Positions 6,374 to 13,490 of a DNA stretch of 20,000 nt are shown here, piece by piece. How positions within the stretch are numbered: position 1 is the stretch's first letter; every line of letters starts with the position of its first letter. The stretch covers positions 116,024 through 136,023 of the IMG/VR virus record IMGVR_UViG_3300043429_001189, one strand, 5' to 3'. A program made the position numbers and the translations under genes. The notes under the pieces are model-generated. The model ran no database searches. It was not told where the DNA came from and worked only from the letters and a program-made list of their open reading frames with translations. This DNA comes from an uncultured virus (IMG/VR IMGVR_UViG_3300043429_001189). Lineage: Duplodnaviria > Heunggongvirae > Uroviricota > Caudoviricetes.

Positions 6374-6569
6374 TCTTTAAATTTATATAAATCTTAACTT
6401 TTTCGTTTTCTTTTGCCGTCATAAACTCGTTATAAATCATTAATGAAAACTCATCTTTAAAAATTAATGAATCCGGGTTGACTATGTAATTTTTAAAAAA
6501 ATTATACTCGCTGTTCTTTGCGCATTGAATAATTTTCTCAGTATCTAAAATTCTTTTATTAAATCCCAT
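6360..6569 (-). CDS. Hypothetical protein
   Basis: 69-aa ATG ORF (MGFNKR...) overlapping the thioredoxin start in an operon-like way. Confidence 0.6.
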   Translation of the reverse strand: MGFNKRILDTEKIIQCAKNSEYNFFKNYIVNPDSLIFKDEFSLMIYNEFMTAKENEKVKIYINLKNEYE

Positions 6570-6725
6570 AATCTTGTTAGTTAAAAATCTGTTTGTGTGC
6601 TTTGTAGACGTTTATCCCAAAAAAAGTTAGCATTCTGTATTTCATAATATATAGCTTTATTTTAGGCATTAATCTCTGATATACACCAATCCTCAAACAG
6701 ATTTTTAATTTGTTTATATATCATA

Positions 6726-6995
6726 CTATTCTTGATTCAATTCTTTCATTCCACGGTGAATATCCTTGATAGTGTAAATACCTTGTGGACTATTGTCAAC
6801 AGGATAGACTTTTGTTTTTGGCGGCAAAAATTTTGCGATTGGTGATTTCCAATAAAAATTTTTATAGCCTCGGAAAGCAACCTCAACTATTTCCACATCA
6901 TCATCGTCCAAAATATCTGAAATGTCCGTATCTTCATCAATTTTAATATCTAACAATGAATTATCTTTAATAATAACTGCGAATAGTGTACTCAT
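6726..6995 (-). CDS. Hypothetical protein
   Basis: 89-aa ATG ORF in the co-oriented gene run. Confidence 0.65.
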   Translation of the reverse strand: MSTLFAVIIKDNSLLDIKIDEDTDISDILDDDDVEIVEVAFRGYKNFYWKSPIAKFLPPKTKVYPVDNSPQGIYTIKDIHRGMKELNQE

Positions 6996-7017
6996 ATTTA
7001 TGTTTTTTAAATGTTAA

Positions 7018-7689
7018 TTAATGTTTTTTAACCGCATCTTTAACTCTGTTAATTAAGCTAGAAATTTCTTCGACATTATCCACCGACCAAGCTTCTGTTT
7101 TTAGGATAACAAAACCTCCATCAGTACGGTCAAGACCTAAGTCTGAAACAACTTCTATGGTTAAAGTTTGATCTTCTCCATTAACGCAGTCGCCTTCCTG
7201 CCAAAATTCAAATTTTGCTGACATAAGTACTGCTTCTTGTGAATCTAAATCTTTTTTATTTTCTAAAGTATTATCCATAATTTCTTCAGGTTTCTTTTTC
7301 ATAATTAAACTATTCTGCCAGCTGCTTGTATCAAATCCTTCACCTAAATAAATAAAATGCTTGTCTTTTGATGACCAGTGTCCACACTGAGACTTTGATC
7401 TTATTAAAACAGGTTCATTTGCATAAGCAAAAGCTAATCCGTTTTCATTAACCGCAACATAATTGTATTGGTCAGGTATGTCTTTTTCGGATAGCTGTTT
7501 AATCTTTCTTATGACAGAATGTTCCCAATTACTAGAGTCAAAGCCATAATCAATAAATTCCATTCCTTCTCCATACCAAATATCTGAAAAATGTCGTGGC
7601 ACATCTTTAAATCCTTTAGCAAGACCGTCAGGATCAACAGCAGCCCATTCACAATTTTCAGGTATGTCCTGTTGTGATAATTTTTTCAT
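7018..7689 (-). CDS. Hypothetical protein with a tandem duplicated ~60-aa domain and a distinct C-terminal domain
   Basis: LSQQDIP..WAAVDPDGLAKGF...GFDSSNWEHSVI recurs as LSEKDIP..YVAVNENGLAFAY...GFDTSSWQNSLI. Confidence 0.7.
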   Translation of the reverse strand: MKKLSQQDIPENCEWAAVDPDGLAKGFKDVPRHFSDIWYGEGMEFIDYGFDSSNWEHSVIRKIKQLSEKDIPDQYNYVAVNENGLAFAYANEPVLIRSKSQCGHWSSKDKHFIYLGEGFDTSSWQNSLIMKKKPEEIMDNTLENKKDLDSQEAVLMSAKFEFWQEGDCVNGEDQTLTIEVVSDLGLDRTDGGFVILKTEAWSVDNVEEISSLINRVKDAVKKH

Positions 7690-7709
7690 ATAAATAATTA
7701 TTTAATTTG

Positions 7710-8003
7710 TTAAAGATCCCAACTCAAGATTAAAGTGTGTACAATTTCACCTTTATTGTTGCGCTCTTCTTTTTCATTTACCGTTATTCCATTATCTTTC
7801 AACTTTTGTATCAAAGAATTTTGAAAGCGCTTTTTGTCTGTGATCTGCAAAGAAGATGCATTCTTTTTAACAGCACTTAAACACAATTCAGCAATCTTTT
7901 CATAATTGATATTATTAAAAGATGGATTAGTGCCTTCTTCATTTTGCTTTTTAACAAGTTCAGTGCGCGCTTCTTTTAGTTGTTCAAACAGAGTTTTTTC
8001 CAT
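7710..8003 (-). CDS. Hypothetical protein
   Basis: 97-aa ATG ORF, tightly packed with neighbours. Confidence 0.65.
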   Translation of the reverse strand: MEKTLFEQLKEARTELVKKQNEEGTNPSFNNINYEKIAELCLSAVKKNASSLQITDKKRFQNSLIQKLKDNGITVNEKEERNNKGEIVHTLILSWDL

Positions 8004-8006
8004 AAT

Positions 8007-8360
8007 TTATATTTTGTTATTTTTTATAAAATCTTCTAGAATTTCATTTATGCAAGTACCGCCATCATAATAAACAGCAGTATAAGAAATGCTGCCATCT
8101 GCATTGGTGTGAAATACTTGTATGTCTTCATATGCAGCTTTAGAGATTTCTTTCTCAATCATCCAAATGGTATTATCTGAAAAATTAAAAATATAGTCTT
8201 CAAAATCTTCACACTCACTTGAATAATAATCATAATAAGTCACACCAGGAGGCAACCCTTCAGTTAACGGTCCAATCTGTTCTTTGCACCATTCTTCGAT
8301 TGTCTTACCTTGTAAATTAATTTGTTTTAATTTTCCAATGTCTAATCTAGTTTCACTCAT
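8007..8360 (-). CDS. Hypothetical protein
   Basis: 117-aa acidic ATG ORF with a C-terminal YYDGGTC motif. Confidence 0.65.
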   Translation of the reverse strand: MSETRLDIGKLKQINLQGKTIEEWCKEQIGPLTEGLPPGVTYYDYYSSECEDFEDYIFNFSDNTIWMIEKEISKAAYEDIQVFHTNADGSISYTAVYYDGGTCINEILEDFIKNNKI

Positions 8361-8418
8361 ATTATTTAAAATTATAAATTCTTCATTGTTTTGTCGATTA
8401 ATTTTTTACTTATTAAAT

Positions 8419-8449
8419 AAAAAAATCTTGAATTTTACAACTCAAGATT
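8419..8449 (-). terminator. Intrinsic terminator
   Basis: AATCTTGAGTT-GTAA-AATTCAAGATT followed by a T run, downstream of the 8500-10493 gene block. Confidence 0.7.
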
Positions 8450-8499
8450 ATTTAACTCCTTATTAAGGATATTTGGTATTTTAGGGGTAGGCGTGTTTT

Positions 8500-8871
8500 T
8501 TAGTCTTGAGTAAAATCTTCAATCTTGTCATTGAAAGAAGATTGTTGATATGAAGATAAATTCTTAATTTCATCGCGTTTTCTTGGAGTTAACTCAATTA
8601 CAGTGTACCCCATTCGGTAATACTTCTTTTCTGCTGCTGTCAAATTTTTATTACGGCGTTTTGCAACTTCTTTTAAAGCTTCTTTGTCATTACCTGTTTC
8701 CATAACATCGCCCCAAGTTCCTTTAACAAAAATTGGGTATGTTCTTTTAGTGCCAATTGAACCTCCGTAATAAACCAAAGCAAATTGGTCAGATAAATTT
8801 ACTTCATTACCTTCGTTGAGAAATTCTTCCGATTCGTTGATAAAATTATCAAAGTTTTGAATATGTTTCAT
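8500..8871 (-). CDS. Putative internal head protein (capsid-targeting-like leader)
   Basis: Starts MKHIQNFDNFINESEEFLNE; the mature domain is not recognised. Confidence 0.7.
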   Translation of the reverse strand: MKHIQNFDNFINESEEFLNEGNEVNLSDQFALVYYGGSIGTKRTYPIFVKGTWGDVMETGNDKEALKEVAKRRNKNLTAAEKKYYRMGYTVIELTPRKRDEIKNLSSYQQSSFNDKIEDFTQD

Positions 8872-8883
8872 ATTTGTGTTTTT

Positions 8884-9498
8884 TTATCCTACAATTGAAA
8901 AACTTAATTGATTTTCAGAAACTACCAAATTATAAACTTTATTAAATAGAGTCTCAACCTCACGTTTAATATCTGATTCAAGCTGTGCCCTACTTTTTTG
9001 TGCAAAGTATTGTTTTAGAGATGCTTGTTTAAAAATATTTGCAGTACTCCGGTAATTGCGTGCGCTTCCTACAAATGAAACATTGACAGTTCTAGTTTTT
9101 GCCGAAGGTATATTACTGATTTGCATGTCTTTTCCCAACTTAGATTTCACCAAATCATTGTTTGCATTTTGCATCACTGCATCAACAAATAGTTTCAATC
9201 CAGCTAAAAAATCGCCCATTTCGTTTGCATTAAAATACGGTCCGCTACCTTGAGAAACAATTGTGTATTTATCTCCCCAACCGCTTTCTGCTATGTCACT
9301 TGTTACTGCATCATACCTACCTGTGCTTATTTTGCTTGGAACGGCCATAACAGGTACTTTGCCTCCAGCATATTGGATGGTAGCAGAATACCTTAAATCG
9401 CCGTATTCACCTACTCTCCATTGTGGCTTTCCTCCTGTCAAAGAAGCCTCGTTAAGATTTTCATTGATAAAATTATCAAAATTTTGAATGTGTTTCAT
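8884..9498 (-). CDS. Putative internal head protein (capsid-targeting-like leader)
   Basis: Starts MKHIQNFDNFINENLNE. The first 13 aa are identical to the 8500-8871 protein and the remainder is unrelated. Confidence 0.7.
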   Translation of the reverse strand: MKHIQNFDNFINENLNEASLTGGKPQWRVGEYGDLRYSATIQYAGGKVPVMAVPSKISTGRYDAVTSDIAESGWGDKYTIVSQGSGPYFNANEMGDFLAGLKLFVDAVMQNANNDLVKSKLGKDMQISNIPSAKTRTVNVSFVGSARNYRSTANIFKQASLKQYFAQKSRAQLESDIKREVETLFNKVYNLVVSENQLSFSIVG

Positions 9499-9512
9499 AC
9501 TTGTGTTTTTTT

Positions 9513-10127
9513 TTAATTATAAATTTTTGATTTATCAACAACTGTTGAAATTTGCCAATCCGATATATCTCCATTAAACTTTGAGTTCTTAAATATACCA
9601 TTCATAGTCAAAACTCTTCCAACATCCCACTTGCTAACATCGCCATTAAACTTTGAATCCGCAAACAGCAATCTCATATCTTCAACATTTTTAGTATTCC
9701 ATTTACTAACATCGCCATTAAACTCAGATCCTTCAAACATACTCTGCATATTTGCAACATTGCTTACATCCCATTTGCTAATGTCGCCATTAAACTTGGA
9801 TCCTTCAAACATGCTTTTCATATTAGCAACATTGCCTACATTCCACTTGCTAATGTCACCATTAAATTTCGAGAATGCAAACATGCCTTTCATATTGGCT
9901 ACCTTTCCCACATTCCACTTGCTAATGTCACCATTAAAAGGTGAGTACATAAACAAGTCAGACATATCAGTTATTTTGGATACATCTATGTGATTCAAAT
10001 CAGCATTTGGTCCTTGCTCTGCTATTTCGGTTTTAACCAATTTTAAAAGCTCGGTTCGATTTGCAGGAACAACAGTTTCTTGTGTTGCTTCATTTATAAA
10101 CTGTTCAAATGTTTTAACTGTTTTCAT
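9513..10127 (-). CDS. DUF285/BspA-like repeat protein with capsid-targeting-like leader (about 6 repeats)
   Basis: MKTVKTFEQFINE leader, GPNADLNHIDVS cap, and FNGD(I/V)SKW repeats. Confidence 0.85.
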   Translation of the reverse strand: MKTVKTFEQFINEATQETVVPANRTELLKLVKTEIAEQGPNADLNHIDVSKITDMSDLFMYSPFNGDISKWNVGKVANMKGMFAFSKFNGDISKWNVGNVANMKSMFEGSKFNGDISKWDVSNVANMQSMFEGSEFNGDVSKWNTKNVEDMRLLFADSKFNGDVSKWDVGRVLTMNGIFKNSKFNGDISDWQISTVVDKSKIYN

Positions 10128-10130
10128 TGG

Positions 10131-10493
10131 TTATTTATATTTTAAATTTGAAATTTCGTCAATTAAACCTCCTAAGTTATAGTCGCTTTGTCTTGAACCG
10201 CTAAAAAAATGATCTTGAATTTTTTTATTAGTCGCGGAAGAATATATGTTTTTGTCCCAATCAATTCGGTCTATTGTCATATAATATCCCACATCTTCAC
10301 CGCTGCTAAATCCTTTTGCTGTATATTTTTTATTTGAATTAGGCCTATCATCTGTGATAGCATAAGTTACTTTCAAGTCAAGATTAAGTGGAACAGAAAT
10401 ACCATCAATTGTGTAATTATCCAATTTAATATTTATGGTATTTAATTCTTCACTTTCATTTAAAAAAGTTTCAAACGTTTTAATTTTTTTCAT
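10131..10493 (-). CDS. Putative internal head protein (capsid-targeting-like leader)
   Basis: Starts MKKIKTFETFLNESEE; the mature domain is not recognised. Confidence 0.7.
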   Translation of the reverse strand: MKKIKTFETFLNESEELNTINIKLDNYTIDGISVPLNLDLKVTYAITDDRPNSNKKYTAKGFSSGEDVGYYMTIDRIDWDKNIYSSATNKKIQDHFFSGSRQSDYNLGGLIDEISNLKYK

Positions 10494-10524
10494 GTCTTTT
10501 TTATTTTTCTTTTAAACCTTGCAG

Positions 10525-10554
10525 TATTTATATTCAAATTCTGCAAATAGTTTT
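10525..10554 (-). promoter_or_regulatory. Putative promoter AAAACT-N16-TATAAATA (contains the exact T4 late promoter TATAAATA)
   Basis: TATAAATA at 10532-10525, 32 nt upstream of the ATG at 10493. Confidence 0.55.
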
Positions 10555-10567
10555 AATAATTGCAATT

Positions 10568-10807
10568 TTATTTTTGTAAAGTTAGCACTTTAACAACATT
10601 CATTTGCGCATTTAATACTTCGCCAATTGCGTGTTGGTAAAAGTCAAACGGCTGTCTTTCTTGATCTTTTGCATTATTTCTTGCTTCATTTAACAGATCA
10701 ATAAGTTCAGCACAAAGTTGCTTTGCTCTTGCCACTTTGTCATCACCTGATGGATTAAAATTTATGCCAACTATGTTTTGTCCTAATGTTTTTTCTTTGT
10801 TTTCCAT
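10568..10807 (-). CDS. Acb2/Tad1-like helical hairpin protein (candidate immune-signal sponge)
   Basis: TLGQNIVGINFNPSGDDKVARAKQLCAELIDLL...AIGEVLNAQMNVVKVLT resembles the FNPS...K...AxLID...AxMxxVKxxT pattern I associate with Acb2/Tad1-hairpin family proteins. Recognised by eye only. Confidence 0.5.
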   Translation of the reverse strand: MENKEKTLGQNIVGINFNPSGDDKVARAKQLCAELIDLLNEARNNAKDQERQPFDFYQHAIGEVLNAQMNVVKVLTLQK

Positions 10808-10809
10808 GT

Positions 10810-11187
10810 TTAATCTTTATTTCCGATAAAATAACTGATAGATGCTGTTGATACCAAAGTATAGGCAACTAAGTTATCAGTTACAACTTCGCCACCTACA
10901 GGTAAAAATGCAACATCACCAGGAGAAAGTTTAACAAACGGATCTCCGGTTGTACCAAATCCAACAAACACAGGAACCGCGTTTGATGTTGGAGTTGAAA
11001 AATAGCAATATGCTGATGAACCGTCAATATCATGAACATTTAATAATTGAGCATCGGTACCAACAGTAACAGTGCTAAAAGATGAATAATCTCCATTGAT
11101 TGGGTTATTATTAATTACGGTAAAAGAAACGGGAGATGGGAATAAATCCGTTGACTCCAATTTGATTGTACTTTTGAGTGTAGACAT
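10810..11187 (-). CDS. Hypothetical beta-rich protein, probable virion structural protein
   Basis: 125 aa, Ser/Thr/Val/Gly-rich and low in charge, with an upstream late-promoter-like motif. Confidence 0.6.
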   Translation of the reverse strand: MSTLKSTIKLESTDLFPSPVSFTVINNNPINGDYSSFSTVTVGTDAQLLNVHDIDGSSAYCYFSTPTSNAVPVFVGFGTTGDPFVKLSPGDVAFLPVGGEVVTDNLVAYTLVSTASISYFIGNKD

Positions 11188-11215
11188 TTTATTTTGGTAT
11201 TTTTTTATTCTTTAG

Positions 11216-11224
11216 TATATATTC
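11216..11224 (-). promoter_or_regulatory. Putative late promoter GAATATATA
   Basis: 29 nt upstream of the ATG at 11187. Confidence 0.5.
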
Positions 11225-11244
11225 ATGTCTTTGAACACTTAAAA

Positions 11245-11658
11245 TTAAGAATTTTTAAGTACAATTTTTTCCGCAATAACAACAGCTTCTTCAATAGTAA
11301 TAGACGGTAAATCTTTTATTACACCAAATGCGGTATAAACCAATTCATTTTCAAGATTTTGCCTTTTGGCATTTCTTAATCCTTCTTTAATCCTTTGTAA
11401 ATGTAATTCTTTTGTATCATGTTCATACTGTATCTTAAAAGGACCAGTAAGTGTAACAATTTCCTCTAAATCATCTTGTGCATCTTTAATTATAAAATAT
11501 GTATTTGAGTCAAGAGATACACGCAGAGGGTCATCTACATCATTGATATTGTTGGAAAATTTAACGGGAGGCGTAGATAAGTTGCCTAATTCCAATTCTT
11601 TAACCCATTTAAAAAAAGTATCAAAATCTTTTTGATTAATATAAATAGTCACTTTCAT
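11245..11658 (-). CDS. Hypothetical protein
   Basis: 137-aa ATG ORF in the co-oriented run. Confidence 0.65.
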   Translation of the reverse strand: MKVTIYINQKDFDTFFKWVKELELGNLSTPPVKFSNNINDVDDPLRVSLDSNTYFIIKDAQDDLEEIVTLTGPFKIQYEHDTKELHLQRIKEGLRNAKRQNLENELVYTAFGVIKDLPSITIEEAVVIAEKIVLKNS

Positions 11659-11666
11659 AGATTAAT

Positions 11667-11697
11667 AAAAAATGAGGGTTAAGTATATTAACCCTCA
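11667..11697 (-). terminator. Intrinsic terminator after the Hc1 gene
   Basis: TGAGGGTTAA-TATAC-TTAACCCTCA followed by TTTTTT. Confidence 0.8.
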
Positions 11698-11706
11698 ATG
11701 AAAAAA

Positions 11707-11886
11707 TTATTCTTCAGGCTTTTTAGAATTTTGTATTTCTATTCGCAAATCTTGAGCAAGAACTTTTAAATCCTGCATATACTTACGTGCCCGTGTGCCT
11801 GCTGCTTTGTTTCCTGACGCATAAAACTTTTCAATGTCGGATTTTGCCGCAGTAACTACTTCTAAAATTTGATTGTAAATTTCCAT
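11707..11886 (-). CDS. Histone H1-like protein Hc1 family (short Bacteroidota type)
   Basis: MEIYNQILEVVTAAKSDIEKFYASGNKAAGTRARKYMQDLKVLAQDLR carries the GNKAAGTRARK Hc1 signature. Start reassigned to 11886 because the longer ORF overlaps the LamG gene. Confidence 0.85.
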   Translation of the reverse strand: MEIYNQILEVVTAAKSDIEKFYASGNKAAGTRARKYMQDLKVLAQDLRIEIQNSKKPEE

Positions 11887-11910
11887 AAATCTGTTTAATT
11901 GTTTAAAAAT

Positions 11911-11918
11911 TATATATC
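11911..11918 (-). promoter_or_regulatory. Putative late promoter GATATATA
   Basis: 25 nt upstream of the Hc1 ATG at 11886. Confidence 0.5.
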
Positions 11919-11920
11919 TC

Positions 11921-12991
11921 TTATAATCCGTACCTGGATTTAGTGCTATTAAATTCTTGTAAAATTGAAGATGTGTCAAGATTACTTGTCCAAATTTTAA
12001 AGGCACCCATATACGCATTCATATAGTAAGAATTTCCTCCTATTGCTCCAATCCACCAGTTTGGGTTATTAACACCTATATTTGCTACAGGTGTTCCTCC
12101 ACCCGTAGTTGCAATTTCAACTCCATTTTTATAAAATTTAATTGTTTGATTGGTCCTGTTAAATACATAAGTTATCATTTGCCATGTATTTTCAGTTACG
12201 GTATCATTTGCTGTAAATTGTGTTCCGCCAGCCAAACCATTCCCAGCTTCAAAATTAAGATTTCTGTTTTGTGTTTGCCACCCATTCCATGATGCTTTAA
12301 AACCGTTTGTGTTGGTGTTTGCTGCAGCATTTGACATCAAGCAATTAATGCTAAACTCTGACCTTGGATATACCCACCCATTAATTGTTATAGTATTTCC
12401 AAAATTATATTGACCAAATGATATTTTATCCGCGCCTCCATCAAAATCAAAAACGCCGCTTGCAATTCCTGCATTATAAGCTGCGCCTGATATAGTACCG
12501 ACGGCTCCTGTTACATTTCCTAAAGAACCTATATTATTTAAAACGGTGCCTGATCCTGAATATGAAGAAGAAATTCCTGCATCATAATAAAATTGTGCAG
12601 TAATTCCTACAGTAGGTGACCAAGATGTCCAAAAATTGTTTAATGTCATCCAATCTTTTGCGTCACTTGCAGACGCAAAGGGGCCTGTGCCTGATACTTC
12701 GCGAGATAACACATTTGCTAATCCCAAAAAAGAATTATCGGTTTTTTCTACAGATCTCCAAAATTGAACATTACCATCGTTACTTCCATCAGCTGTAGGA
12801 AAATTTGCGCCTGTGACAGCCAAAGCAACTATATATCCCAAATCTTCATCAGGACCAGCAAACCACTTAATACCTCCTGGATTTTTTGAATAATCCACGG
12901 TATTATTGCCAATCGCTAAATTTCCTGATTGCGTTGCACCTGTAATTGCAGACATTGAAGGATTATATGAAAAAGGTCTAACTGTTGCCAT
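11921..12991 (-). CDS. LamG/ConA-like domain virion protein
   Basis: YYDAG..SSYSGSGT, FDFDG, TINGWVYP, WQMITYVF...IKFYKNG and EFNSTKSRYGL are typical of phage LamG-like jelly-roll domains. Confidence 0.8.
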   Translation of the reverse strand: MATVRPFSYNPSMSAITGATQSGNLAIGNNTVDYSKNPGGIKWFAGPDEDLGYIVALAVTGANFPTADGSNDGNVQFWRSVEKTDNSFLGLANVLSREVSGTGPFASASDAKDWMTLNNFWTSWSPTVGITAQFYYDAGISSSYSGSGTVLNNIGSLGNVTGAVGTISGAAYNAGIASGVFDFDGGADKISFGQYNFGNTITINGWVYPRSEFSINCLMSNAAANTNTNGFKASWNGWQTQNRNLNFEAGNGLAGGTQFTANDTVTENTWQMITYVFNRTNQTIKFYKNGVEIATTGGGTPVANIGVNNPNWWIGAIGGNSYYMNAYMGAFKIWTSNLDTSSILQEFNSTKSRYGL

Positions 12992-12997
12992 ACAATA

Positions 12998-13480
12998 TTA
13001 TCTTGTTAATGATGTATTTGTTAAATTTAATTCTCCTTTCATACCCACGTCGCGAGATTTCCAGTAATCTTTACCGTATGATATGAATATTTCTTCTCCT
13101 GCTTTAATAATTCTTGAAGCTCTGAAAACAATTCTTTCCTTGTTTTCATCGTAATGCCATCTAGCGTTAGGCTGGTTTCTGTGATTATATAATGATCCGT
13201 TTCCTAGTGCTAGTGCATACTTGTTATCTTCAAGTTTAAACGCATAATCAATTAGTGAAGTATTAACAATTTCTTCTTTGGCAACAATTAAAACTGGGCA
13301 TTCTTCAATTACTTCATTATCGGTAATTGGTTCAATAGCCCAAATACCTAATCCATCTACTTGTGAATTACCAACGGCTACTTTATCCCATTTTTTTACG
13401 GTTGGTGTTTTTCTTAAAAGTCCACCTCCATGTACAAAAATATCAGACTCTAATATTTCTTCAAAAGATTTAAAATCCAT
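12998..13480 (-). CDS. SET-domain protein-lysine methyltransferase
   Basis: GLGIWAIEPI, SLYNHRNQPNA (NHS to NHR variant) and IKAGEEIFISYG. Start moved to MDFKSFEEILES (13480) to avoid overlap with the upstream gene. Confidence 0.85.
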   Translation of the reverse strand: MDFKSFEEILESDIFVHGGGLLRKTPTVKKWDKVAVGNSQVDGLGIWAIEPITDNEVIEECPVLIVAKEEIVNTSLIDYAFKLEDNKYALALGNGSLYNHRNQPNARWHYDENKERIVFRASRIIKAGEEIFISYGKDYWKSRDVGMKGELNLTNTSLTR

Positions 13481-13490
13481 TTTATCTGAT

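Noticed and set aside
6570..6724. Possible small ORFs or RNA in the gap after the GATATATA at 6715-6722
   Set aside because: I found only ~20-codon ORFs and no convincing structure, which is insufficient support.
11887..12018. N-terminal extension of the 103-aa ORF containing Hc1
   Set aside because: It overlaps the LamG gene. Homology starts at Met 11886, which has its own promoter-like motif.
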